Of a stretch of 64,000 nt of DNA, positions 36,032 to 46,476 are shown piece by piece. The stretch comes from Candidatus Kaiserbacteria bacterium RIFCSPLOWO2_01_FULL_45_25 (lineage in GTDB: Bacteria > Patescibacteriota > Minisyncoccia > Phycocordibacterales > UBA918): positions 6,485 through 70,484 of the forward strand of contig MFLT01000012.1 in NCBI GenBank assembly GCA_001781415.1, given 5' to 3'. The number at the start of each line of letters is the position of its first letter. The stretch's first letter is position 1. The notes under the pieces are model-generated. The model searched no databases, was not told the DNA's origin, and saw only the letters and a list, made by a program, of their open reading frames with translations. The position numbers were made by a program, and so were the translations under genes.

Positions 36032-36652
36032 TTATTGTAAGTCAAGCGTTTCAGTGTTGTCGATAAGTATCCAAGGAGCTTTGGCATTAGCTGAGTAATT
36101 TGTACCAATTACCAAGCCGTCGTTGTTGAATTTTGTCGCTCTGAGGCTGTCAGCACTGATGAGTACTGGGGCACCATTTTTTACAACTGGGTAAATTGTC
36201 TCTGCTTCAATGTCATAAACAAAGCCAAGGCAAGTAGTACTGGTTACGTCTTGTCGTTCACAGAAGAAGACAAAATTGTCATCTGGTGATACTTGGTATT
36301 TAATCTCTCCAAAGTGAAAACCTTGAGTTAAATTGGCTGTGTCAACATCAAGACCTGCGACCTCTGTGTTGAATGAAAGCAAACTTACTTCATCACCTTT
36401 TGTTACCTCAAGTAGTCCGTTGTTATAGGTAACTCCTGATGAGGTTACTTCTTCAATTGGCAATATGTTTGTTGATTCCGGAGTCTTCTTTAAAGCATTG
36501 GCCACTGAAGCAGTATTTGCATCTGTTCTTGGGGTACTAATAAGAGTCGAATTATTGTTAATATTGGCTGCGTACAAAATAAAAGCGGTAGTAAAACCGA
36601 TAGCGTATGCTGTCAGCACCAGGGCTGCTCGTTCATGTCTTGTTCCTTCCAT
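36032..36652 (-). CDS. hypothetical membrane-anchored/secreted protein
   Basis: 206 aa, N-terminal TM helix. Confidence 0.5.
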   Translation of the reverse strand: MEGTRHERAALVLTAYAIGFTTAFILYAANINNNSTLISTPRTDANTASVANALKKTPESTNILPIEEVTSSGVTYNNGLLEVTKGDEVSLLSFNTEVAGLDVDTANLTQGFHFGEIKYQVSPDDNFVFFCERQDVTSTTCLGFVYDIEAETIYPVVKNGAPVLISADSLRATKFNNDGLVIGTNYSANAKAPWILIDNTETLDLQ

Positions 36653-36695
36653 ATACTGTAATTATAACTTGTAAGGCAATTTTTAAATGAAGTTC

Positions 36696-37664
36696 TTAAC
36701 AGGTCGCGGTCAGAACTAAATGCTTAATGAGGGCATTAATATCTAGCCCAACTGAAGCAGCTGCCTTTGGATATAGTGACTCAGTGGTTAGTCCTGGCAA
36801 AGTATTAACCTCAAGGAAATAAACTCCTTTGTCACTTACGATAAAATCGCTGCGTGAGTACTGAGCCAAATCTAAAACCTCATGAACTTGCGCGGCCACT
36901 TCTGAAATCTTGGCTCTATCACCATAAGAAAAACGTGATGGGCAGATTTCAGTAGTTTGTCCGTTATATTTTGATTCAGTATCAAAGTACTGACGGTCGC
37001 GTGGTGTAATAATTTCTACCACTGGAAAGACGTAGATTTTATCATTGCGGAAGTCTTCCAGGGTGGCGCAGGTTGCTTCACGTCCACGAATGAACTCTTC
37101 CACTAAGACACGGTCACTTTGTTCTAGAGCCGAGCGAATGGCTTCCTCAAGTGATTGTCCGGATCTGATATGCTCTACACCAAATGAAGAGCCACTAGCC
37201 ACTGGCTTCACTATGTATTCTGGACCAAATGAATCAAGTATATTTGAACTGATGGTAACCAATTCATCAACCTCATCGTCACTAACTACAACAGATTCTG
37301 GAGTTAATACATCATGAGAAGCTAGACTTTGCTTTGTTAGGTGCTTATTAAAGGCTACAGCTGACGGAAACGCGCGACTGCCAGTAAACGGAATACCGAG
37401 TCGTTGTAAGATGCGCTGCACTTCCCCATCTTCTCCGTAAGTGCCGTGAAGGGCAATAAACACTACGTCGACCGCCTGGAGAGCCACCTCGGGGCTCTTA
37501 ACCAGCCCTCGGTCTAGCCACTGACCTTGCTTGGTGATGACAATATCTTTAGTATTAAAGCCATTTTCAGCCAAAGCTTGCAGTACAACTGCGCCAGTGT
37601 TCATGGATACACCATATTCGACACTTGGGCCGCCACGCAAAACTGCTACTTGGAGATGACTCAT
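36696..37664 (-). CDS. ddl: D-alanine--D-alanine ligase
   Basis: VAVLRGGPSVEYGVS..., ALHGTYGEDGEVQRILQRLGIPFTGS, C-terminal ...FLEVNTLPG; start reassigned to Met25 (ATG 37664..37662) of track ORF 36696..37736. Confidence 0.85.
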   Translation of the reverse strand: MSHLQVAVLRGGPSVEYGVSMNTGAVVLQALAENGFNTKDIVITKQGQWLDRGLVKSPEVALQAVDVVFIALHGTYGEDGEVQRILQRLGIPFTGSRAFPSAVAFNKHLTKQSLASHDVLTPESVVVSDDEVDELVTISSNILDSFGPEYIVKPVASGSSFGVEHIRSGQSLEEAIRSALEQSDRVLVEEFIRGREATCATLEDFRNDKIYVFPVVEIITPRDRQYFDTESKYNGQTTEICPSRFSYGDRAKISEVAAQVHEVLDLAQYSRSDFIVSDKGVYFLEVNTLPGLTTESLYPKAAASVGLDINALIKHLVLTATC

Positions 37665-37717
37665 ATGGCAATATTTTATCACACTTTTTAAACAGTCCGC
37701 AGAGATGGGCGTGAATT

Positions 37718-37751
37718 TAAAAAAGACCCTTCGCAAAAAGCGAAGGGTCTA
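37718..37751 (-). terminator. intrinsic terminator (GACCCTTCGC aaaaa GCGAAGGGTC)
   Basis: 10-bp stem, U-run on minus after stop of 37810..38598. Confidence 0.55.
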
Positions 37752-37809
37752 GGTTTTAAGCATTGAAATAGTCTGAGAGGCTATTTCAAAGTTATAAATC
37801 AGTCAAGGA

Positions 37810-38598
37810 TCAGAACTTCCTGGCAGCGGACACCCCGAGACCACCACCACGGCTGCCGTTCCAGAAACCGCTAACGCCCAGACCATCGGCATTAAAGCCT
37901 CCGACGCCGATATAGCCACTGCCCGAGTTGAGGCTGGACGTCCGAACGTAGACGCTTTCAAAGAGTCGGATACTTCGGACCTCGAAATAGGTCGTAATGA
38001 ACCAACTCATCTCGGCGGCGTTCGGCACGTGCTCGAATGCAGAGAGCAGCTTGTTCTGGTCGTCCCAATTTTTGTTGGTTGAGTCAGAGACTAGCGTCTT
38101 CTTGATGGCGAGCCATCCGAATGACGTTTTATCTTCGCGAGCAAACTTTTGGTCGGTATACCATCCGCCCGTCTTTGAGTTGAAGTGGGTGGGTTGGATT
38201 TCCCGAACGTCGAGGAGCGACATCGCCGAGGTTGGTGCGGGCACAGTGGCGTAACTGTTGTCCTTGCACCACATGAGCATGTCTTTCGAAGGCAGACTTT
38301 CGGCAAGCGCCGTGATCTGGTCGTGGGTGTACACGATGCTCGGGCGAGCCTTGGCGACTTCCTCCGGCGTGATGAAATCTGCGCCGAGGATGGATCGGGC
38401 GAGACTGTAGTCTGGCATCTTCGCGGTCAACCGCGCGATACCAGCGGCAAGGTGGTCCTGCCACTCATCCCCGCGACCGAAGAGTCGCTGGAGACCATCC
38501 TTGTCGGGATTCACGGTGGTGAGTGCTTTGCGCGCGCCATCCTGCGTGAATCGGTTGTACTGCCTACGCTGATTAGAGGTGATCGAGTCCATCGTCAT
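37810..38598 (-). CDS. hypothetical protein with Gly-rich C-terminus, encoded in a GC-rich (~60%) islet
   Basis: 262-aa longest frame; ORFs open in 4 frames (compositional effect); no family recognised. Confidence 0.4.
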   Translation of the reverse strand: MTMDSITSNQRRQYNRFTQDGARKALTTVNPDKDGLQRLFGRGDEWQDHLAAGIARLTAKMPDYSLARSILGADFITPEEVAKARPSIVYTHDQITALAESLPSKDMLMWCKDNSYATVPAPTSAMSLLDVREIQPTHFNSKTGGWYTDQKFAREDKTSFGWLAIKKTLVSDSTNKNWDDQNKLLSAFEHVPNAAEMSWFITTYFEVRSIRLFESVYVRTSSLNSGSGYIGVGGFNADGLGVSGFWNGSRGGGLGVSAARKF

Positions 38599-38637
38599 AC
38601 TCCTGTATGTTGCCCAACGCTGGGCGAGCGGCTATCT

Positions 38638-38694
38638 CAGAATGAGACGAACTTTTTGAGGCCTAAAATAAGCCACAAAAAGCTCGTCTCATTC
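38638..38694. repeat. long imperfect hairpin (20-bp arms AGAATGAGACGAaCTTTTTG / CAAAAAGCTCGTCTCATTCT)
   Basis: 19/20 bp complementarity; sits at the right boundary of the GC-rich islet, downstream of uvrC. Confidence 0.5.
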
Positions 38695-38783
38695 TTGATT
38701 GTTAGTGAACTGTATCTTAAAGAACTAATAAGGCAGTATAATTAAGGAATGATATCTGTCAATGATTTTTTCTATCTATAAAA

Positions 38784-40016
38784 TTAGAATTTCATTCTTT
38801 TACGGGCCAAATTACGATAGTAATTAATAGCAAAACGATGTGATTCAGCGTTGGCCAGCAGAATATCAAACTTATATTTACTCTCAATTTCTGAGGTAGT
38901 CAGTATGCCAGCCGCCTTGTGTCTATCATCTTTGACTACTGCAGCAACTGGGATAGCTAGATTTAAGTCCTTAAGTAAGCTTTCGGCGGCGTTCTTTTGG
39001 ATTGAGTTTCCGTCCACTACAATCAGGTCTGGCAGTGGCCACTCGGTGTGGGAAAATCGCCGGCGTAATACTTCACGTAGTGCTGCTGGATCGTTGGCTT
39101 GTTTAAGAGTTTTAATTTTAAATTTTCGATAATCGCTCTTTAGAGCTTCAGCGTTTTGTATCACCACCATGACACCCACCATGTCCTGGCCAGCCATGTG
39201 AGCAATATCGTAAGCTTCTACTCGGGCGGACACTGTTCGCGCAAAGGTGTTATCGCTCTTTACTAGGGCAATATCTTCAATGTGTTGCAATGCAAACAAT
39301 TGTTTCTTCAACCTTGAAGCTAATTCAAATTCTTCAGCTTTGGCAGCCCGCATCATCTCGCGTTCAATTTCTTTAATGATGGTTTTTTTCTTACCTTTAA
39401 AAAACAACCCTAAGTGTCTAATGGTAGTTAAATACTCGTCACGTTTATCTGGCTCTGGGTATAGGCCAATTTGCCGATTAAAATCAATTTTGCCCCGAGC
39501 CATTTTGGTCTTCTCGCTACCAAGTGGTTGCTTGGTGTCATAAAATTTAAATAATTTGCGCACTATTTTAAGAGCGTCACGAAGTAAGAGTCCACTTGGG
39601 AATGGACCGAACTCGTATTTAATTTCTTCTTTAAGAAACTTTTCACTAATGTCACGACCTCGTACCACAAGTACTCGCGGCCATTCTTCATTGGTAATCA
39701 CCAGATGGTTGTAGCTTTTGTCGTCTTTGCTTCTGGTGTTAAAGCGGGGTTTATGAGAACGAATCAGGTTCGTCTCAAGGATAAGTGCTTCAAGTACCGA
39801 TTCGGTTTCTGTAACATCTATACTAATAGCTTCAGCTACCATATTTTCAATCAACTCCGAACGCTTATCTTTGAGGTCTGGTGCGAAGTAGCTACGTACC
39901 CGGTTTTTGAGTGAAGTAGCTTTACCAATATACAAAATCTTTTTTCTAGCATCTAAAAAGAAATACACCCCAGGTGCATCAGGTAAAACAAGGCTTTTTA
40001 GATCTTCTTTAGTCAT
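38784..40016 (-). CDS. uvrC: UvrC-like excinuclease subunit (GIY-YIG + UVR + RNase H-like endonuclease domains; no C-terminal HhH)
   Basis: LPDAPGVYFFLDARKKILYIGKATSLKNRVRSYF GIY-YIG; EFELASRLKKQLFAL UVR motif; VEAYDIAHMAGQDMVGVMVV...YRKFKI endonuclease domain; 410 aa vs ~600 typical. Confidence 0.8.
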   Translation of the reverse strand: MTKEDLKSLVLPDAPGVYFFLDARKKILYIGKATSLKNRVRSYFAPDLKDKRSELIENMVAEAISIDVTETESVLEALILETNLIRSHKPRFNTRSKDDKSYNHLVITNEEWPRVLVVRGRDISEKFLKEEIKYEFGPFPSGLLLRDALKIVRKLFKFYDTKQPLGSEKTKMARGKIDFNRQIGLYPEPDKRDEYLTTIRHLGLFFKGKKKTIIKEIEREMMRAAKAEEFELASRLKKQLFALQHIEDIALVKSDNTFARTVSARVEAYDIAHMAGQDMVGVMVVIQNAEALKSDYRKFKIKTLKQANDPAALREVLRRRFSHTEWPLPDLIVVDGNSIQKNAAESLLKDLNLAIPVAAVVKDDRHKAAGILTTSEIESKYKFDILLANAESHRFAINYYRNLARKRMKF

Positions 40017-40085
40017 AAATGTGACATTATGCTACACTATATTTCTAGAAAGCTCCATTTATCCAAATAGAAAGGTTGGTGCATT

Positions 40086-40406
40086 GTGAAAGATGAAAAT
40101 CACGACCATCCGGCCATTTACGGAATGTTGGTTACATTCTTTAGATGTCATCCGTACTGGTTTATCCGAATGCAATACGCTCAAGATTCATTTAATGACG
40201 ACGTCAGTCTTTCAACTGAACTTTGGGAAGCAATTTGTTTCCACATTACCGGCCAGGTGCCAGTAAATCAAGTCAAGATTAATGATGACTTGAAAGAGGA
40301 GATTGTCTTTGATCCGCTTTGGGATGAAGTGCAAGTAAGGCGGCAAATGCTTCGCAATTTTGCCGGCCTGCGGAAGACTGGCTTCTTCAACCAAAAAGCG
40401 CCCTAG
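40086..40406 (+). CDS. hypothetical small protein
   Basis: 106-aa ORF ending inside a bidirectional terminator hairpin (40393..40420). Confidence 0.35.
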   Translation: MKDENHDHPAIYGMLVTFFRCHPYWFIRMQYAQDSFNDDVSLSTELWEAICFHITGQVPVNQVKINDDLKEEIVFDPLWDEVQVRRQMLRNFAGLRKTGFFNQKAP

Positions 40407-40420
40407 GGCGCTTTTTTAAT
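40393..40420. terminator. bidirectional intrinsic terminator (AGCGCCCT AGGGCGCT + TTTTTT)
   Basis: perfect palindromic stem with A-run/T-run; downstream of uvrA on minus. Confidence 0.6.
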
Positions 40421-40430
40421 CTTCCAATAA

Positions 40431-43082
40431 TTACAGTACGTGCTTGAGGTATTGACCAGTAAAAGATTTTTCTGTATCAGCTACTTCCTCTGGAGTGCCT
40501 TTGGCAACGATGTCACCGCCACCCTGTCCACCTTCTGGCCCAATGTCTATGATGTAGTCCGCTGACTTAATCAAATCAAGATTGTGCTCAATTACCATCA
40601 CAGTATTGCCTTGATTAACAAGTTGCTGGAGAATTTCAATTAACTTCTTCACATCTTCATAGTGAAGACCAATCGTCGGCTCATCCAGTAGGTAAATAGT
40701 CTTTTGAGTATGTGGTTTGTATAGTTCAGATGCAATTTTCACCCGCTGTGCCTCTCCTCCAGATAAGGTGGTAGCGCTCTGTCCAAGTTCTAGATAGCCC
40801 AGTCCTACATCAAGAAGCGACTTTAAACGCTCTTGGATGGAAGGTACATCCATAAAAAACTGGTAAGCCTCTTCAATGGTCATATGGAGCACTTCGTGAA
40901 TATTTTTCTTGCGGTATGTCACTTCCAATGTCTCTTTGGTGAAGCGCTTACCATCACAGACGTCACAAGTTACATACACCGTCGGTAAGAAGTGCATTTC
41001 AACCGCAATTTCACCATTACCCTGGCAAGCTTCACAGCGCCCACCTTTAACGTTGAAACTAAATCGTCCGGGCTTCCAGCCGCGTGCTCGCGCTTCGCCT
41101 GAAGCCGCAAACATGTCACGGATATGAGTAAATGAACCAGTATAGGTGGCTGGATTACTGCGTGGTGTACGACCAATTGGTGATTGATCAATTAGAATTG
41201 AACGTCCAAGATATTCAGTTCCGGTGAAAGTCTTACAGTTGTAGGTGTGTGGGGTGCGGTGTTTTTTCTCTAGTCGAGACTTGAGGTTCCGATCTACAAT
41301 CTCGTACATAAACGTAGACTTTCCTGAGCCAGATACTCCGGTTACACAGATAAGCCGACCAAGTGGAATATCGACATTAAGGTTTTTGATATTAAAGGCC
41401 TTACCGCCACGGATTTTGATTGATCCTTTCTCACTTTCACGACGAGCTGGAATTGGAATTACTTTGTCACCACGAAGGTAGTCGAGTGTGACTGATTTAG
41501 ATTCATTCTTTGGTGAAGACAGTAGTTTTGGCAGGTAGTCAGACACAATTACTTCCCCACCATGCACACCAGCCCCCGGGCCGATATCAATTAGGTAGTC
41601 AGAGGCACGAATAGTGTCCTCATCATGTTCAACCACAATGATAGTGTTGCCCAAATCACGAAGTTCAGTCAAAGTCTTAATCAGGCGGTCATTATCTCGC
41701 TGGTGAAGTCCAATGGTTGGTTCGTCCAGTACATAGAGTGCACCAACCAAGCCAGAACCAAGCTGAGAAGCTAATCGAATACGCTGTGCTTCTCCTCCAG
41801 ATAAAGTATTGGCACGACGATCAAGCGTCAGGTACTGAATACCGACATTGTTCATGAACTGCAGTCGCTCAATGATTTCACGCAAGGCTGGCCAAGCAAT
41901 ATCCTGTTGCTTCTTTGATAGCTTCAAGTTGTCGATAAAACTAGTCGCTTCTTTGACAGTCATGGCAGTAAAAGCCACGATATTAATACCGAGATCCTTT
42001 TTGCCATCACCACCGAGGTAAACTCGCATGGCTTCAGGTCTTAGTCTTGCACCCTTACAAGCTGGACATTCATCACTTTGGAAGATACCAACTACACCAA
42101 GACCATTACATTCCGGACAGGCTCCGTACGGTGAGTTGAACGAGAAAAGACGTGGCTCAACTTCAGGAAATGACGAACCGTCAATTGGGCAAATAAACTT
42201 CGCAGACAGTGTACGAACTGAACCATCAGGACTTTCAATTTTTACCAAACCATTTGATTCATGAAGGGCACGTTCAACAGCTTCTGAAAGGCGTTCGTGT
42301 GAACCCCTTGGGTCGTCGGTAAATTCACTGACATAAATTTCATCAATTAGAACATCGATGTCGTGACGTTTGGTCTTAGTTAGTTCAATCTTCTCGCGTA
42401 GCTGCTTAATTTGCCCATCAATTTTTACTGCTTCATATCCCTTACCAAGTAGGTCGTACAAAAGTTGATAGTATTCACCCTTGCGTCCAACCACTACCGG
42501 TGAAAAGATGGATACTCGACCCTTTGACACCTCAATACCCATCACCTTTTCTGATTGTTTACGGGTGGCTTCTTTTACTTCTTTAGTCTCAATTGATTTT
42601 AGAATGATGCCGAGAATTTCATCTTGTGACAGCTTTTGAATTGGTACATCTACATCAAGACAATATGGTTGGCCGACTCGAGCATAAAGAATACGCAAGT
42701 AATCGTAAATTTCAGTTACGGTTGCCACCGTTGAACGTGGGTTTCGAGAAGCAGATTTTTGGTCAATAGAAATAGCTGGTGATAGTCCACTGATTTCATC
42801 AACATCTGGCTTTTGAAGTTTGTTCAAAAATTGCCTAGCATATGGAGACAATGATTCAACATACCGACGCTGACCTTCAGCAAAAATAGTATCAAAGGCT
42901 AGTGAAGATTTACCCGAGCCCGATGGTCCAGTGATGGCAATCATCTTGCCGCGAGGCATTTCAACATCAATATTCTTTAGATTGTGAGTACGCGCGCCAC
43001 GAATAATAATCTTGCTACCTGGGTCGTTTGCCCGCTCATCTGCTTCCCAACCAGTTTTAGTTTTGTCTTGTTTTTTAGCCAT
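40431..43082 (-). CDS. uvrA: excinuclease ABC subunit A
   Basis: two ABC ATPase modules ([23 protein letters not shown]), LSGGEAQR signatures, Zn-finger Cys pairs; 883 aa. Confidence 0.95.
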   Translation of the reverse strand: MAKKQDKTKTGWEADERANDPGSKIIIRGARTHNLKNIDVEMPRGKMIAITGPSGSGKSSLAFDTIFAEGQRRYVESLSPYARQFLNKLQKPDVDEISGLSPAISIDQKSASRNPRSTVATVTEIYDYLRILYARVGQPYCLDVDVPIQKLSQDEILGIILKSIETKEVKEATRKQSEKVMGIEVSKGRVSIFSPVVVGRKGEYYQLLYDLLGKGYEAVKIDGQIKQLREKIELTKTKRHDIDVLIDEIYVSEFTDDPRGSHERLSEAVERALHESNGLVKIESPDGSVRTLSAKFICPIDGSSFPEVEPRLFSFNSPYGACPECNGLGVVGIFQSDECPACKGARLRPEAMRVYLGGDGKKDLGINIVAFTAMTVKEATSFIDNLKLSKKQQDIAWPALREIIERLQFMNNVGIQYLTLDRRANTLSGGEAQRIRLASQLGSGLVGALYVLDEPTIGLHQRDNDRLIKTLTELRDLGNTIIVVEHDEDTIRASDYLIDIGPGAGVHGGEVIVSDYLPKLLSSPKNESKSVTLDYLRGDKVIPIPARRESEKGSIKIRGGKAFNIKNLNVDIPLGRLICVTGVSGSGKSTFMYEIVDRNLKSRLEKKHRTPHTYNCKTFTGTEYLGRSILIDQSPIGRTPRSNPATYTGSFTHIRDMFAASGEARARGWKPGRFSFNVKGGRCEACQGNGEIAVEMHFLPTVYVTCDVCDGKRFTKETLEVTYRKKNIHEVLHMTIEEAYQFFMDVPSIQERLKSLLDVGLGYLELGQSATTLSGGEAQRVKIASELYKPHTQKTIYLLDEPTIGLHYEDVKKLIEILQQLVNQGNTVMVIEHNLDLIKSADYIIDIGPEGGQGGGDIVAKGTPEEVADTEKSFTGQYLKHVL

Positions 43083-43164
43083 AAAATACGGCCTTCACAT
43101 GATGGTGAAGGTATAACTCACTCAGTATAACTGTTTTGAGCAAACATGCAAAAGTACTGATTGG

Positions 43165-45501
43165 CTAAGCTAGCCGTACTTTTTGTTGGTGTCGATTTCG
43201 TAAAGTGCTACTGAGTAATAGTAAAACAAAGCCGAAGGTAATCACTCCAACTGCTGCCACCAGTAAATTAAGTAATACGTTATCTTCGTTTGATTCATTA
43301 TTCAAAGGAGTAGCGGTACTCATGGTGGCAGCCGCTACGAAAGTGTTTTGGGTACGAGCAAAGCGATGTGGCTTACTACTAGCAACTATCTCACCAGTTA
43401 CATCAGTCAGCACTGCCGTTAGTTGGTGCTCGCCAATATCGAAGTTCTGTTCAATAGTGTATGAGAATAAGCCGGTTGACCCAGTTTTTACAATTCCAAC
43501 AATATCGGTAGAGTGCGAGAGTAAGTAAACATATGAATTTGGAATACTACGCCCTTCAACAGTAACAAAGTATTCTTCCTGCTCATTGTTATTGGTGGCC
43601 GACACGAGCGGTGAGACTAAATCAATTTCCACTACCGAATCAAATGTAACCTCTTCAATATTTTTGTTTAAATTAGGTACCACAATCTGGTCAACGACCA
43701 GCGGGTCTGAGTTTCGAATTAATTCAACACTATCAACCACACCGTCATTGTCGGTATCAGCTAAGAGTGGGTTTGTGGCAAAATTGGCTACTTCATCAAA
43801 ATCAGAAAGACCGTCTTGATCAGAATCTTTGGTCGTGAGGTTATTGGTATCTTGTTTAATTTGCTCCTCACTTTCACGCACTTTATCTTTGAGTATTTGA
43901 TAACGTAGGGCCATTACGGTATGGATAGAAGGGACAGCTGACGGCTCTCCAGTCAAACTAGCTACAGTTGAAGCTTGTTTAGTGTAATGGTCAGTCAAAG
44001 CCTGGTTACTTAAGGTAGTTATAAACTGACTCTCAGCCTGTGTTGCCGCTGCGTATTGAAGTAGCAGTGGATTTAATGACTCCACATCTTGCTCCATACT
44101 ACTATCAATTGCAGTCAGTAAGTCTTTATTAGCAAAAAGTAATTCTTCGCTTTCTGTAAACAGTATTTCGGGTTGGGTGGTAAAGAAATCGAAGTAGTGA
44201 CGACGATTATCGTTATCAACTGATGAAGCTAACAAGGCTAGTTCGATCTTTTGAACCAAGACAGCTAAATCAGTCTCGGTGTTTGGTGAAGTTAAGTTTT
44301 CAGTAATCGGTTCAAATTTAACCGCTTCTGTTTTATAGGTTTTTCCAGTCGCAGCAAATGATGCGTATAAATAGTGACTGGCTTGAGGTAGATTAAGAGC
44401 GGATATATTAAAGACCCATTCTCCTTGAACTAGAGTGGCTTGACCAAGATGTAGTGGTTGGCCAGCAGCATAAAGCTGACTGTAGACATCAACCTTACTT
44501 GGCGTAAAGTCTCCGGTTAGAATTTTTACATATGAAGAACCTGACTGATCATGGAGTGTAATGGAAATTGGTGAGAGAGTTCTAGTGGTAGAAACGGGTT
44601 CTGTATCAACTAACTCTTCCTCGTCTGAAGACGTAGAAATTTCATATGTTAAATCAGAATCAGAAGTAATTACTTCATCTTCTTCCGCAGTATCTGCCAG
44701 CACTGTTTCTTCTACTACAGCGGTAGTAACTTCTGGCACAACTGCTTCTGGAAGTTCTTTTAGACTAACTGCAAAAACTGGTCCAGCAAATGTATAGGTC
44801 GTACCGCTCTGTTGAACAGTTGCTTCAATTTTATAGGTAGCTGCAGCTAGGTGTCCGGCCGGTATTAAGAAACGGTATTCTGATTCATTTTGTCGGTCAG
44901 CTGGTTCAAGTATTACTGTATTACCGGTTTCAATGGCGGTCAAAGTTATGGTTGGGTCTGTAGTATTTAAAGCGGTAATTTTAAAATCAGTATCACTGTT
45001 TAGCGTAGCTGGAATTGAGTTAAGAAAAGTTATTTTTGGAGCAGTGGAAGGCAATGCATCATCAGGCACATCCTCACACTCTGACCCACTACAAATTAGC
45101 GCTGCTGGAGTAGTTATAATATTTTTGGCATCAATATAGCTGAAAACAGCAAAAACTGTTCCCAAGAAAATGAAGGCATAACCACCGACTTTAGCAACAC
45201 CAGACATCATACTTGGTACGTATTGTTCGTACCATACAGTATAGAGATGTACCTTTTCCAAAAGCCGGAGACTAGCCTGACCTGGCACAAAGACTACTTC
45301 AGGAGTTGAAGAAACTTTACTGTCAGACGTCTTTTTGGTACGTGCTGTTGTCTTTTTAACGGTAACTTTGGCTATGTCTTTGGCTTTAATTTCAGCCACT
45401 TTTTTGGTTACTGGTTTTTTGGTCACACGTTTAACTGCCGTAACCTTTTTGGCTCGTACAGACTTCTTTACCTCCTCTTTTTTACCAAGAGTAGTTCCCA
45501 T
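43165..45501 (-). CDS. large cell-surface protein with polybasic N-terminus, two TM anchors and TSP3-like Ca-binding D-x-D-x-D-G motifs
   Basis: 778 aa; KK/VTKK-rich N-terminus, TM ~110-130, Thr/Ser/Glu-rich ectodomain, DSDQDGLSDFDE...DTDNDGVVD, C-terminal TM. Confidence 0.6.
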   Translation of the reverse strand: MGTTLGKKEEVKKSVRAKKVTAVKRVTKKPVTKKVAEIKAKDIAKVTVKKTTARTKKTSDSKVSSTPEVVFVPGQASLRLLEKVHLYTVWYEQYVPSMMSGVAKVGGYAFIFLGTVFAVFSYIDAKNIITTPAALICSGSECEDVPDDALPSTAPKITFLNSIPATLNSDTDFKITALNTTDPTITLTAIETGNTVILEPADRQNESEYRFLIPAGHLAAATYKIEATVQQSGTTYTFAGPVFAVSLKELPEAVVPEVTTAVVEETVLADTAEEDEVITSDSDLTYEISTSSDEEELVDTEPVSTTRTLSPISITLHDQSGSSYVKILTGDFTPSKVDVYSQLYAAGQPLHLGQATLVQGEWVFNISALNLPQASHYLYASFAATGKTYKTEAVKFEPITENLTSPNTETDLAVLVQKIELALLASSVDNDNRRHYFDFFTTQPEILFTESEELLFANKDLLTAIDSSMEQDVESLNPLLLQYAAATQAESQFITTLSNQALTDHYTKQASTVASLTGEPSAVPSIHTVMALRYQILKDKVRESEEQIKQDTNNLTTKDSDQDGLSDFDEVANFATNPLLADTDNDGVVDSVELIRNSDPLVVDQIVVPNLNKNIEEVTFDSVVEIDLVSPLVSATNNNEQEEYFVTVEGRSIPNSYVYLLSHSTDIVGIVKTGSTGLFSYTIEQNFDIGEHQLTAVLTDVTGEIVASSKPHRFARTQNTFVAAATMSTATPLNNESNEDNVLLNLLVAAVGVITFGFVLLLLSSTLRNRHQQKVRLA

Positions 45502-45552
45502 TTAGATATAGTATACACGCATCAGTTGCCATAATTGGCAATTTATTAACGG

Positions 45553-46389
45553 CTATTTTCCGTATGAAAGAATCAACGAAACTAGCGTACTAAGGTCAGT
45601 GGTCGCTTTGACTAGAAAATTATCAACCTTGAGTGATTTGGCTCGCATTCGCTCAGCGTCGTCGTCTTTATTTGAAAAAATAATCACTGGCAAATCTTTA
45701 ATACTTGAATTAGTTCGAATGTCGAGTAGGACATCCATGCCATTTTTGCCTGGAAGCATCAAATCAAGAATTACGACCGTTGGCTTAAATTCAAAAATCT
45801 GTTCCAGAGCCTTATCACCAGAATGACAAAATTCGTGAGTAATACCACTTTTCTGTAGTCTAATTGATAGCAGATTGCGCAACAAGGGGTCGTCTTCTAC
45901 TACCAAAAGCCTAACTGCTCCAACTGCGTCTACATGAGGTTCCTCTGCAATTTCTTCAGAGAAGTCAAAAACTTCTGTTGAACCGTCGTTATTTTTGTTG
46001 CGAAGTATCGACTCAACCAGTAATACCAAGGTCATGGCATCAAATTCAGTGCGTACCAAATAATGTTGCTCCCCTACCAAAAATAACTTTTTATAATCGT
46101 CACTGGTTCGTAGTGAGGTAATCATAATAAGCGGAATGAGCTTGGTGGACTCATCAGCTTGCAGGGTGGCAATTATCTCATCCATCTCAATATCAGTGAC
46201 AGTATCATCAATAATGATGGCATCGGGATGAATACTTTGGACTTTAGACAGACCTTCTCGACCAGTGGTGATGGCAACTACTGTTGCTCCGGCAGACGAT
46301 AGCATTCGCTCTGCTGAATTTATTATTTGGACATCACCTCCAAAAATTACAAAACTTTTGCCGTGCACCTTGTCTTTATTGTCTGTCAT
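45553..46389 (-). CDS. response regulator with two receiver (REC) domains and no output domain
   Basis: C-terminal REC LLVVEDDPLLRNLL...VVILDLMLPGKNGMDVL...K; N-terminal degenerate REC-like fold. Confidence 0.7.
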   Translation of the reverse strand: MTDNKDKVHGKSFVIFGGDVQIINSAERMLSSAGATVVAITTGREGLSKVQSIHPDAIIIDDTVTDIEMDEIIATLQADESTKLIPLIMITSLRTSDDYKKLFLVGEQHYLVRTEFDAMTLVLLVESILRNKNNDGSTEVFDFSEEIAEEPHVDAVGAVRLLVVEDDPLLRNLLSIRLQKSGITHEFCHSGDKALEQIFEFKPTVVILDLMLPGKNGMDVLLDIRTNSSIKDLPVIIFSNKDDDAERMRAKSLKVDNFLVKATTDLSTLVSLILSYGK

Positions 46390-46476
46390 AAAATATTTTT
46401 ATGTATTAAGTATACAATACCAGAACCCATCTCAAATAGAATCGCACAACTAAGCCCCTTGCTTGGCGAACTAACA

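Noticed and set aside
38129-38745. Overlapping ORFs (111 aa minus, 186 aa plus) in the 37.8-38.6 kb GC-rich islet
   Set aside because: Same compositional artefact. The longest co-directional frame (37810..38598) was retained, with low confidence.
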